Below, in pieces: positions 1 to 9,171 of a DNA stretch of 64,000 bases. Made by a program: the position numbers and the translations under genes. The stretch is from Defluviitaleaceae bacterium (GTDB lineage Bacteria; Bacillota; Clostridia; Lachnospirales; WQUN01). The notes below the pieces were generated by a model. The model did not search any database. It was not told the origin of the DNA and worked only from the letters and a program-made list of their open reading frames with translations. The first letter of the stretch is position 1, and each line of letters starts with the position of its first letter. Where the stretch lies: positions 461 through 64,460 of the forward strand of contig WQSG01000001.1 in the NCBI GenBank assembly GCA_009788055.1, read 5' to 3'.

Positions 1-290
1 ATGAGCTGTATATCAGCATAGCTTCTGCATGGGAAGTAGCTATAAAACACAGCTTGGGTAAACTTCCCTCTTTTGGCGGCGGGGTAAGTCGGTTTCTTCA
101 TGCGATAAATGATAACCCCATTCAAATTATTGGTGTTGATTCTGAATATGTTAAAAAAGTTGAAAACTTGCCATACGTTCATCGCGACCCTTTCGACAGA
201 ATTATTATAGCAACTGCGTTATGTGAGGACATGATAATTTTAACTGCCGATAAAAACATCCAACAATATGATGTGCCGTGGGCTTGGTAA
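1..290 (+). CDS. PIN-domain (VapC-like) ribonuclease toxin, N-terminus outside window
   Basis: The frame is open from the window edge (ELYISIASAWEVAIKHSLGKLP...). The C-terminal block HRDPFDRIIIATALCEDMIILTADKNI matches the conserved acidic region of PIN nucleases. The listed ORF 54..290 is only the part after an internal Met. Confidence 0.6.
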   Translation, partial: ELYISIASAWEVAIKHSLGKLPSFGGGVSRFLHAINDNPIQIIGVDSEYVKKVENLPYVHRDPFDRIIIATALCEDMIILTADKNIQQYDVPWAW

Positions 291-325
291 TTTTGCGCAA
301 AACGAACATTTTTGTCAATTTAGCA

Positions 326-378
326 ACAGCCTTGTCAGTCGCCGTATAAGTGTGACTGCAAGGCTGTTTTAATTTTTT
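326..378 (+). terminator. rho-independent terminator after PIN gene
   Basis: Stem ACAGCCTTGTCAGTC / GACTGCAAGGCTGT followed by TTTTAATTTTTT. Confidence 0.55.
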
Positions 379-429
379 GGATGATAGAATTACATAGCGT
401 AACAAATAAAAAAGGCGGGGGAATATCCC

Positions 430-3400
430 ATGAAAAAGCAGAGCAGTAGGATTTTGGCACTTGCGATGGCATTGGTACTTACGATGGCGCAGGTTACACC
501 AATCGGGGCGGCGGCGCATGAAATCGCGCACGAAGCCGTGCATGAAATCCCGTATGAAACGGCGCATGACGGAACAGAAACAGAAACGGTACGCGAAATT
601 GCAAGCGTATTAACCACGCCGTCGGCGGTTGACGTTTTGCCGATGGAAACGAAACCCGAAGAAGAACCCGAGGAAAAAGTCGTTCCCTTTGCGGTAAACA
701 CTACGTTAAACCCGGGTGACACACAGGTTCGCATTAACAACATCATAAGCCAAAACCGCGGTACCCCTATTACCTTTACAATTCCGGCGGGGCTTACGAT
801 AAACACAACCGGGCGCATTGACATTGCCCAAACCGATAATGTTACTTTCACGGGTACGGGAACGCTTCGCGGTAACGGCACGGGCACGCTTATAAACATG
901 ACAGGCGGCGGGCTTACCATAGACGGCATTACCCTAACCGGCGGTGCAGGCGGCCCCGGAATGGCCGGCGCGATACACGTATCCCCTACCGGTACCGGCA
1001 CACCAACGCTTACCATGCGAAGCGGCAATATCGTATCCAACACGGCACAGGGAAGCGGTGGCGCAATACACATCAGCCAAATAGGTTCGCAATTTGAAAT
1101 GTTCGGTGGTTCGATACACAACAACCAAACCGGCGCGGGTTCGCAAGGGGGCGGTGTTCACGTAAACAACGCCACGTTCATAATGCGCGGCGGCACAATA
1201 AGCAACAATACCGCCGCTCAGGGCGGCGGCGTAAACGTAACGGGTACAAACGCTCTTTTCAGAATGCACAACGGAACAATAGCGCGCAACACCACAACAG
1301 CCACAGCGGCTACAAGCGGCGGCGGCGGCGTTCGTTTGGTAAGCGGAACATTTAATATGCAGGGCGGCATAATAGAAGACAATCGTTCCGCAAGACACGG
1401 CGGCGGCGTTTTAATGAACGGCGGCATGATGACCATGAGCGCGGGAACAATCCGCGACAACAGGCTTACCGCCGCAAACTCAAACGGCGGCGGAATCAGC
1501 ATGGTCAGTGCTGTTCCCACGCTGACTATGGCAGGCGGAACAATTACCGGCAATACCGCAACAGGCGCAGGCGGCGGCATTGACGTAAACGACGGAAGTG
1601 CAACCCTAAACGGCGGTACAATTTCAAACAACTCCGCAGCCGGCGGCGGCGGCGCAATTGCAGTCACTTGGGCAACAGTAACAGCTACGGTGCAGCGTTT
1701 GACAATTGCGGCGGCTGTAAATATTTCGGGCAACACAAGCACCGCACATGAATACACCCTTTCTGCCGAAGACCGTGCATTCCTTTCGGGGCGTTACCCG
1801 GTGGCTGTTGTAAATTTGTTCGACAACCACACAATTTCATACACTCGCGGTATTCGCGTTGAATACTCGGAAGTACACTTCATGGTAAACAGCGGTAGCG
1901 GAACGCTTACCGCGTGGCACAACGGCGCGGCACTTACAAGCCCCGCAAATGTTAGGGCGGGGGAAACAATCCACTTTTCGGCAACGCCTGCGCCGGGCTA
2001 CAGAGTTACCAACTGGACGGGCCATCAAGCCGCCACTGCGGGAAGCGTTTTCGGTAGCGTAGTTGCACAAAGCGGCGGGGCTTCCACAGCTGTATTTGTG
2101 AACTTTGCGAGGGCAGAAATCCCTGCGCCGTGGGCGGTTACAAATGTGCTTGGCACAGGCAGTCCCGCAGTAACGGAACGTTTTGCGTCCGCCGCGTCCT
2201 ACCAAGGCGGCAGGTTCACCATGGACACACGCGGCACAAGTTTCCCCCGCTTTTTGGACGGCGACGGCACTTTTGCCGGCACAAGCGACAGGCTTGCATT
2301 TGTAAGCCAACCCATTCCCTACAACTACAACTTCACAATTAGCGGCTACGTTACCTTGCACCACCTTATGGACGGCAGAACCCACCCCGCCGGTGCAAGC
2401 AACGCGCTTTATGCAACGCAAAATACAGGTGTGGGCTTTATGGCAAGAAATCAAGTTGGCACAGGCGGCGCGGCACAAGGGGCGGCGTATGTAATGGGCG
2501 GCGTTCACCTTTCTACAAATGCAGATATAAACAACACGCACCCCACCTTAACCAACGCAAGAGTCGGCAGACTGCGCGCAACTGCCGGCGCAAGTACGGT
2601 AGGGCTAACAAACATGAACCTCATCGGTGATATCGAACTTGGCGTACCGTTCCCCGTTAGCCTAACACGGCGCGGCGACACAGTTACAATCGAAAGCAAC
2701 GGCGTTACGCAAACTCTGCAAAATTTTGAGGGCTTTACAACAGACGGCGGCGAATACATTTATGTAGGAATGGTAAACAGCCGCATGGCACTTACAAGTT
2801 TCAGCGATGTTGTTTTGGAATACTACGACCCCGTTATCCGCACGTTGGAGCAACTTCTTGCGGCAATAGAGGCGGCGGCGGAAAGCGGCGAGCCTACCGT
2901 TTTGGAACTTCGCGGCGAAATTGAAACGCCCGCAGAAATTTCAATTCCCGCAAGCGCGTACATTACCCTCACGGGTGACGCAACAATTCACCGCACGGGC
3001 AGCGGAAGGGCAATGCGTGTAAACGGCACACTTACCGCAGACGGAATAACATTCACAGGCACAAGTGCGGGCGGCGGCATTGCGATAACAAGCAGCGGCA
3101 CGTTTATTATGCAAAGCGGCGAAATTTCGGGCAACGAGGGCAATAATGGCGGCGCAGTAAACGTTGCGGCAAACGGAACATTTATAATGTACGGTGGCGA
3201 AATCACAGGCAACCATGCCCGCCAAAACGGCGGCGGTGTGTTTCTTTCAAACAACGCGGTGTTTACCATGTACGGCGGTTTTATCGCACACAACACGCCA
3301 AACAATATCGCGGGTGCGGGCGCGGACACGATTACGCGCAACGGCGGCTTCATTGAAGGACACACCCACCGCGTTACAACCCTTGAGGAATTGCTTGCAA

Positions 3401-5655
3401 TAATCGCGGCGGCGGGAACAATCCCTACGACAATAGAACTCTACGGCGAAATCGTTTCAACCGTGGAAATTGCAATTCCCGCAGGGGTGGATATTACCTT
3501 CGTGGGTGACGGAACACTTATCCGCCCGACGGGAGGCCGCATACTGCGCGTAACAGGTACGCTAACCCTTGACGGCGCAACCATAAGCGGCGGCGGCGTA
3601 GCCGTTGTAAGCGGCGGCGAACTAATCATGAAAAGCGGCGAAATTTACGAAAACACAGCAAACAACGGCGGCGGCGTAAATCTTGCGGCAGGGGCAACCC
3701 TTACCATGTACGGCGGAAAAATTCACGGCAACCACGCAAACACAAACGGCGGCGGCATATTTGTGGCAGCAGACGCGGATGTTACGCTAATCGGCGGCGC
3801 GATTGAAAACAACACGCCAAACAATATCGCCGGCCCGGGCGCAGGTGATGTTATACGTTTTGGCGGAACAGTCGGCGGCGAAGAAGCACCCACCGACTTT
3901 ATCATCAGAACCCTTGCAGAGCTTCGCCTTGCCTTGTTCGGCGCAACCGAAACCCCGCGCACACTCACCATTGGCGCAGACATTGAAGTCACAGGCGACG
4001 TTCTTGTGGTGGAGCAAGGCACAGACATCACGATTATTCGCGGCGGCGACTATCAAGACTTGTTCCGCACGGACGAAAACGGTTCTGTAATTCGTGTGTA
4101 CGGTACGCTTACCATCGGCACTAACGCGTACAACGGCATATATGTAAGCGGCGGGTTTTCAGACGAAAACGGCGGCGGAATTTCCGTACCGCGTGGTGGC
4201 GAACTTACCTTAAACAGCGGTGGAATTTTGTACAATGTTACAACCGCAAACGGCGGTGGCGTTGCCGTTTTGGCGGGCGGCAGATTCACCATGAACGGCG
4301 GCGTCATCCGCAACAACGATACCATTACCACGGCTTCGGGAAGCACTCGCGGCGGCGGCGGCGTATTCGTGTACGGCGTTAGCGGCGGCGCGGCAAACCA
4401 CGCATTCTTTACCATGAACGGCGGCATTATCGAAAACAATACGTCAACATTTGGCGGCGGCGGAGTTTTCGGCTACTCCCGCAACAACGGCACAAATATC
4501 ATTACAATAAACGGCGGCAGTATCCGCAATAATACCGCAAACGCAGGTGCAGGCGGCGGAATAAGAGCCGATGCCCGCGCAGGCTCAATTTCGGATGTTG
4601 TAATCAACGGCGGATATGTCTACGGAAATGTCTCCACAGCAAACGGCGGCGGCGGCGTTTTAACAACGCGCCACGCGTCCTTCTTCATGCACGGCGGCAG
4701 AATTTCCGAAAACACTGCGGCTACAACAGGCGGCGGCATTCACGCGGGCTTTAACCGCGAAAACAACGGCTTTATCATGACGGGCGGCGAAATCGTAAAC
4801 AATACAGCCGCACTAAGCGGCGGCGGAATATCCTTCCGCGGTTGGAGCTACCTGTCGGGCGCAAGCTTAGCAATTTCGCCCGCCGCAATTATTATGGGAA
4901 ACACGGCATCTGTTACGGTTGGACTAACAAGCGCGGACGCGCTTCACCTTGCGGAAATGGGCTTGCACCCAAGTATTATCGCGCTGTTCGATAACCAACA
5001 AATCGAATACACTCGCGGCTACGATTGCACCCACTGCCGCGACAACGGTTGCAGAGCCTGCGGCTTAATCCCTGCCGCACCCGTGAAAATCGCTGTTTCA
5101 ACGGAATTTGCAATCCAAGACGAAACGGTAGACATTCGCATAAAACTGCTGGACAATTTCGGCGTATCAAACATGGCACTGCGCATAGACTTCCCCGAGG
5201 GTCTTACCCTAACCGCCATCCAAGAGCATTCGGGCGTAAGCGGCTGGTTCACCACCTCTGTCGGCGCGCTGGAATATCTCGATTATCTCAAGGCAGAATG
5301 GCTTTGCGATAACGTAATTTTCTCGGGCGACGGAAAAATTCTTACGCTGACATTTCGCGTAAACTACAACGCAGAAAACGACTTTCACCGCATAACCGCC
5401 TCCCTCAACGACGATTACCGCGTAACAAACGGCGGCATAAACGTGCGCCCGCGCCAAGCGGGTGACGCAAGCGGCGACGGCAGAGTAACCAGTGCCGACG
5501 CAACCATCATCGCACGGTATTTGGTTGGGCAAGGCGTAACAATAGACCGCCGCTCTGCCGACATAAACGGCGACGGATATGTAACCGTTGCAGACCTAAC
5601 CCTCCTCGCAAGATGGCTTGCAGGCCACAACGTAGAAAATCTGATAGCGTTTTAG
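430..5655 (+). CDS. secreted giant parallel beta-helix repeat protein with C-terminal cohesin-like and dockerin modules
   Basis: 1741-aa ORF with RBS GGCGGGGGA upstream and signal peptide MKKQSSRILALAMALVLTMAQV. It has dozens of beta-helix turns (GGAIHI, GGGVHVNNATF, GGTISNNTA). Three larger modules start RTLEQLL, TTLEELL and RTLAEL. A cohesin-like segment (VKIAVSTEF..DIRIKLLDNFGVSNMALRIDFPEGL) precedes a duplicated dockerin Ca-loop (GDASGDGRVTSADATIIARYL .. DINGDGYVTVADLTLLARWL). Confidence 0.85.
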   Translation: MKKQSSRILALAMALVLTMAQVTPIGAAAHEIAHEAVHEIPYETAHDGTETETVREIASVLTTPSAVDVLPMETKPEEEPEEKVVPFAVNTTLNPGDTQVRINNIISQNRGTPITFTIPAGLTINTTGRIDIAQTDNVTFTGTGTLRGNGTGTLINMTGGGLTIDGITLTGGAGGPGMAGAIHVSPTGTGTPTLTMRSGNIVSNTAQGSGGAIHISQIGSQFEMFGGSIHNNQTGAGSQGGGVHVNNATFIMRGGTISNNTAAQGGGVNVTGTNALFRMHNGTIARNTTTATAATSGGGGVRLVSGTFNMQGGIIEDNRSARHGGGVLMNGGMMTMSAGTIRDNRLTAANSNGGGISMVSAVPTLTMAGGTITGNTATGAGGGIDVNDGSATLNGGTISNNSAAGGGGAIAVTWATVTATVQRLTIAAAVNISGNTSTAHEYTLSAEDRAFLSGRYPVAVVNLFDNHTISYTRGIRVEYSEVHFMVNSGSGTLTAWHNGAALTSPANVRAGETIHFSATPAPGYRVTNWTGHQAATAGSVFGSVVAQSGGASTAVFVNFARAEIPAPWAVTNVLGTGSPAVTERFASAASYQGGRFTMDTRGTSFPRFLDGDGTFAGTSDRLAFVSQPIPYNYNFTISGYVTLHHLMDGRTHPAGASNALYATQNTGVGFMARNQVGTGGAAQGAAYVMGGVHLSTNADINNTHPTLTNARVGRLRATAGASTVGLTNMNLIGDIELGVPFPVSLTRRGDTVTIESNGVTQTLQNFEGFTTDGGEYIYVGMVNSRMALTSFSDVVLEYYDPVIRTLEQLLAAIEAAAESGEPTVLELRGEIETPAEISIPASAYITLTGDATIHRTGSGRAMRVNGTLTADGITFTGTSAGGGIAITSSGTFIMQSGEISGNEGNNGGAVNVAANGTFIMYGGEITGNHARQNGGGVFLSNNAVFTMYGGFIAHNTPNNIAGAGADTITRNGGFIEGHTHRVTTLEELLAIIAAAGTIPTTIELYGEIVSTVEIAIPAGVDITFVGDGTLIRPTGGRILRVTGTLTLDGATISGGGVAVVSGGELIMKSGEIYENTANNGGGVNLAAGATLTMYGGKIHGNHANTNGGGIFVAADADVTLIGGAIENNTPNNIAGPGAGDVIRFGGTVGGEEAPTDFIIRTLAELRLALFGATETPRTLTIGADIEVTGDVLVVEQGTDITIIRGGDYQDLFRTDENGSVIRVYGTLTIGTNAYNGIYVSGGFSDENGGGISVPRGGELTLNSGGILYNVTTANGGGVAVLAGGRFTMNGGVIRNNDTITTASGSTRGGGGVFVYGVSGGAANHAFFTMNGGIIENNTSTFGGGGVFGYSRNNGTNIITINGGSIRNNTANAGAGGGIRADARAGSISDVVINGGYVYGNVSTANGGGGVLTTRHASFFMHGGRISENTAATTGGGIHAGFNRENNGFIMTGGEIVNNTAALSGGGISFRGWSYLSGASLAISPAAIIMGNTASVTVGLTSADALHLAEMGLHPSIIALFDNQQIEYTRGYDCTHCRDNGCRACGLIPAAPVKIAVSTEFAIQDETVDIRIKLLDNFGVSNMALRIDFPEGLTLTAIQEHSGVSGWFTTSVGALEYLDYLKAEWLCDNVIFSGDGKILTLTFRVNYNAENDFHRITASLNDDYRVTNGGINVRPRQAGDASGDGRVTSADATIIARYLVGQGVTIDRRSADINGDGYVTVADLTLLARWLAGHNVENLIAF

Positions 5656-5664
5656 CAACGCAAC

Positions 5665-5707
5665 AAAAAACGCGCAGGCGGTTTGAATCCCGCCTGCGCG
5701 TTTTTTT
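5665..5707. terminator. bidirectional intrinsic terminator between convergent genes
   Basis: AAAAAACGCGCAGGCGG-tttgaatc-CCGCCTGCGCGTTTTTTT, with an A-tract on one side and a T-tract on the other. Confidence 0.75.
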
Positions 5708-5721
5708 GTGTTACGGCAATA

Positions 5722-7152
5722 TTAGTTAATGCCTAAGTTTTCGTATACAAGAAGCATGAATGCATCTAATGCTTCTTCGCGGGTCATGTCACCGCGTGCG
5801 TAGTGCATTACAGCGTCGTCGATGAACCAGAGGTTGATTTGCTCGTCGTGTTGTGTGAAGAGTGTGCCGTCTGCGTATGCACCTGCGGGGATGAAAATAT
5901 CAAACATATCTTGACCGCCAAGGATGTCAACTGTGCCGTCTGCGCCTGCCATTACAACGCCGGAAGCAACTGCATCTTTGGTTTCGTTACCCGGGAAGAG
6001 TGTGCCGCCTGCCCAGTGGTGTTGAAGGCCCGTGTCGGAAGTGTCAAGCAAAATCCATTCAAGGAGTTCGCGAACCCCCTCGGAAGCATCGGGGTTCATT
6101 TGAGCGGCGGGGATTACCCATGTTCCGCCCCAGTTAAAGCCAACGGGAGGAACTGCAATTGCCCAGTCGCCATAGGTGTCGCCAACATTACCAACCATAA
6201 CGTGGTTGATAAGCCATGCGGGGCCGAGGAATGCAAACACGGGACGTTCGCCCACGCCTTGCATATCCGCAAACCATGCGCCTTGCCACGCGGCTGCGTC
6301 ATTCATCCAGCCGTTTTGGTAAAGCATATATGCATAGTCGAAGAACGCCATGCGGTCGGGGTGGATGTTGATTCTGTTGTTCACAATCCACGGGCCGCCT
6401 GTGTTTCTTACTGCTTGCCAAATGTCGCCTGCGCCGGAAACCATTGCAATGCCCTCGGCATCCATTTCTGCCGCGGCTTCAAAGAAACGGTCCCAGCCGG
6501 GGCCGATTCTTGTGCGAACATAGTCCGGGTCGTCTGTTCCCCACACTTGCTCTGCAAGAGAACGGCGGTAAATTACCGCACCGCCCGTGTGTTGGAAAGC
6601 AAGACCAACAACTTCGCCTTGACGTGTGCCAAGTTCTACGATGTAGGGTGCAATTTGCGCTTCGGCAATTCTGCCCATAAGGTTTTCAATTCCCAGTTCA
6701 GAAAGTGGCATTGCAAATTGTGACATATCGCCTTGTGTATATCTTACAACAAATGCCGCTTCTGCCGCGAAAAAGTCAACGTCACCGTTTTGCAACGCCA
6801 TATCCAGTGCCAATTGGTATTGGCCGCCGTCGGTAGCAACTACCGTTGGCACAACAAGATATCTTTCCGCAAACTCGGGGTTAAGTTCTTTGTAGCGTGC
6901 TACCATGTTTGGCAATTCGTCCGTGAATGACCATAAGTTAATTACTGTTTGACCTTCTGCGGGTTCGGGTCTTGGTGTTTCGTCAACCACGTCAACCTCT
7001 ACAGGGTCTTCTGTTGCGTCTTGTTGTGCGGGTGCGCCGTTTTCCGCAACGGTTTCTTGCGGTGCGGGCGCGGGTGCAGGCTCGTTTGTTCCGCAAGCCG
7101 CAAACGCAAGCATTGCAACAAGCACAAGTAGGAAAATCAATTTCCTTTTCAT
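5722..7152 (-). CDS. ABC transporter extracellular solute-binding lipoprotein (carbohydrate type), no adjacent permease genes
   Basis: Lipoprotein signal MKRKLIFLLVLVAMLAFAACG, a low-complexity PAPAP/E-rich linker, and a W/Y/G-rich family-1 SBP-like body. Confidence 0.75.
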   Translation of the reverse strand: MKRKLIFLLVLVAMLAFAACGTNEPAPAPAPQETVAENGAPAQQDATEDPVEVDVVDETPRPEPAEGQTVINLWSFTDELPNMVARYKELNPEFAERYLVVPTVVATDGGQYQLALDMALQNGDVDFFAAEAAFVVRYTQGDMSQFAMPLSELGIENLMGRIAEAQIAPYIVELGTRQGEVVGLAFQHTGGAVIYRRSLAEQVWGTDDPDYVRTRIGPGWDRFFEAAAEMDAEGIAMVSGAGDIWQAVRNTGGPWIVNNRINIHPDRMAFFDYAYMLYQNGWMNDAAAWQGAWFADMQGVGERPVFAFLGPAWLINHVMVGNVGDTYGDWAIAVPPVGFNWGGTWVIPAAQMNPDASEGVRELLEWILLDTSDTGLQHHWAGGTLFPGNETKDAVASGVVMAGADGTVDILGGQDMFDIFIPAGAYADGTLFTQHDEQINLWFIDDAVMHYARGDMTREEALDAFMLLVYENLGIN

Positions 7153-7224
7153 TTTTTTACCTCCTGTTTGGAAAAATTATTTTTGGGGAAATTCCCCTTT
7201 GTGGCAGTTTACAATAATTACAAT

Positions 7225-8220
7225 TTAATTACAAGTATATGACAGATAAATGACAAAAAAAATTATTTCGCCGCCTACTTCAATTGAAACAACTGTGTCA
7301 ATGTCTAGGAAATCCGTTGGAATTTCCCACAAAACATAGTTTCCCGTGGGGGCGGCAGAAAAATCGTTTTGCGGAAATATCATCGCAACGGATTTAAGAC
7401 AATAGCGCGTCTGCGCGAAAACGCCTTCGGTAGTGTTTATCGTAATGCTTGGGGTTCGCCGTTCTTCGCCGTGAATTTCCAACAGCACGGTAAACGGCGA
7501 AACGGTTACTTTCATAAGAGTTGCATTGCCGAAACAAATATTTAAGTCCTTCGCGACAAGCGCGGCTTGCGGCGTTTCTTCCGCGTCAATGTAGAACGGA
7601 AAATACCAACGTATATCCATTACGTCCCAATCAAGCATCCCGATAATCCCGTCTTCGCAAGTGCCGTCTGCAAGTTCCACGTTGTAACGAATCTGCATTA
7701 ATTGAAAGAATAATTCGTTGCCCACCACGGAATGCATGAAATATTGGCGGCTGTGAAGCGTTACCGTTCCGCGTTCGCAACGGTCAATCACCTGCGAAAC
7801 CGTGCCGATAGAACCGCCCATATCATAAACACAGCTAACGATTGCCCACACCTGCACCTCGCCGTCGAAACGGTCTTGGTCGGTCAAATCCTCCAGAGTG
7901 ATATACACGTCCACGACATTTGCGAAAACCCCAACCGCCACGACTTCGATTCTTACGCCGTCGTAGGAATATTCGCCCGTAACAATTTCCACGGGATGAA
8001 GGAACGCCGCCATATCCTCGCCAACAACCCCGCGCAACCTGTCGAAACTGCCCACGCTTGCCGCAATCACCGTCACCGCCAAAGCCAAAACAGCCGCAAT
8101 AAAAATAACCGCAAATCGTTTTGAAAACCGCGCTTTGCGAACAGGTGCCGCCGCCCTAACCTTAGCCATCGTAAGCTCTTTTATCCGTTCGGTTGAAATT
8201 TGTTCACCATTGTGGTTCAT
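7225..8220 (-). CDS. anti-sigma factor-like single-pass membrane protein (DUF4179-like ectodomain, tentative)
   Basis: ATGA overlap with the upstream ECF sigma gene. One TM segment (FAVIFIAAVLALAVTVIAA) follows a short cytoplasmic N-terminus. Confidence 0.55.
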   Translation of the reverse strand: MNHNGEQISTERIKELTMAKVRAAAPVRKARFSKRFAVIFIAAVLALAVTVIAASVGSFDRLRGVVGEDMAAFLHPVEIVTGEYSYDGVRIEVVAVGVFANVVDVYITLEDLTDQDRFDGEVQVWAIVSCVYDMGGSIGTVSQVIDRCERGTVTLHSRQYFMHSVVGNELFFQLMQIRYNVELADGTCEDGIIGMLDWDVMDIRWYFPFYIDAEETPQAALVAKDLNICFGNATLMKVTVSPFTVLLEIHGEERRTPSITINTTEGVFAQTRYCLKSVAMIFPQNDFSAAPTGNYVLWEIPTDFLDIDTVVSIEVGGEIIFFVIYLSYTCN

Positions 8221-8726
8221 GACAGCACCTCCCTAAGTTTTTTTCTGCCCCGCACAAGACGGTGTTTAACCGCCGACTCTGAAAGCCCCGTTCCCGCCGC
8301 AATTACCGCAACCGTTTGCCCTTCATAATAGTGACGCAAAAATATATCACTGTCCGGCGAACCCATTGCCAAAACAGCTTCCCTAATCGTTTCATTCTCG
8401 CAATCCAAAATAAATTTGTCTTCCGTTTCGCACCCGCTTGCCGCGATTTCTTCATCCAGCGGCAAATCCATTTGCACCCCACGCAACCTGTTCTTCGCCT
8501 TGTTACGCGCTACCGCCCCAAGCCACGGCTTCAAATTTTCCACACCGTCCGCTTTCTCCCACAGCGCGAAAAATACATCTGATGCCACTTCCTCCACGTC
8601 CTCCCGCGCCAGTCCGCCAACATTCCCAATAACCACACACACATACGCCGCATACTTGTCCATAATCTTACCCAGCGCACGTTCGCTTCCGCGACGCACA
8701 CCCGCAATCATTATCCTGTCAAACAC
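8217..8726 (-). CDS. ECF-type RNA polymerase sigma-70 family factor
   Basis: Region 2 (DVEEVASDVFFALWEK) and region 4 HTH (GQTVAVIAAGTGLSESAVKHRLVRGRKKL). GTG start 6 nt after GGAGGTG. Confidence 0.85.
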   Translation of the reverse strand: MFDRIMIAGVRRGSERALGKIMDKYAAYVCVVIGNVGGLAREDVEEVASDVFFALWEKADGVENLKPWLGAVARNKAKNRLRGVQMDLPLDEEIAASGCETEDKFILDCENETIREAVLAMGSPDSDIFLRHYYEGQTVAVIAAGTGLSESAVKHRLVRGRKKLREVLS

Positions 8727-8806
8727 CGCTCACACCTCCCTCATTATTATAGACACATGATTTCACTTTTTGGTGCCGTTCGGTTGAAGAAAATTTTAAA
8801 CGCAAT

Positions 8807-8833
8807 CAAAAAATCCGCGAAGAGGTCGCGGAT
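8807..8833 (-). terminator. intrinsic terminator for the 9172-10062/8877-9161 gene pair
   Basis: On the minus strand, ATCCGCGA-CCTCT-TCGCGGAT is followed by TTTTTT. Confidence 0.5.
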
Positions 8834-8876
8834 ATCTTGGAAAAAAACGAATGCTTCACAGCGGAGCGTTTGCTTC

Positions 8877-9161
8877 CTATGCTAACGTGTTGAAATTTTC
8901 GGTGTCTGTGAGCATTCTGTGAGCGTTAATTTGCGCCTGAGATAGTTGCCGCAGATAGCCCCTGTCGCTTGTGGCGCGGAAGCAAAAATCATCATCCGGC
9001 GGGTTCGGCGTATATCCCATTGCGGAAATATGCGCGTTAAACGCCGCCACACGTTCCGGATTTTGTTCTGCGTTGGCTCGCAGTTGCGCCCTGCGCGGCG
9101 CAGATTCCTGCATCGCCCTGCTTAACGAAAAATTAATCAGCGTATTGTTTCCGATTATCAT
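8877..9161 (-). CDS. hypothetical protein (94 aa)
   Basis: ATG at 9161 lies 5 nt after GGAGGTG. No family recognised. Confidence 0.45.
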   Translation of the reverse strand: MIIGNNTLINFSLSRAMQESAPRRAQLRANAEQNPERVAAFNAHISAMGYTPNPPDDDFCFRATSDRGYLRQLSQAQINAHRMLTDTENFNTLA

Positions 9162-9171
9162 AACGCACCTC

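Noticed and set aside
390-2541. Long minus-strand ORFs (390-1124, 934-1398, 1218-1757, 1837-2541 and others) opposite the 1741-aa gene.
   Set aside because: They are antisense to a strongly supported repetitive G/A/T/N-rich coding region. Their composition (P/V/C/A runs) is the mirror of the Gly/Thr/Asn repeats, and they have no RBS or independent motifs.
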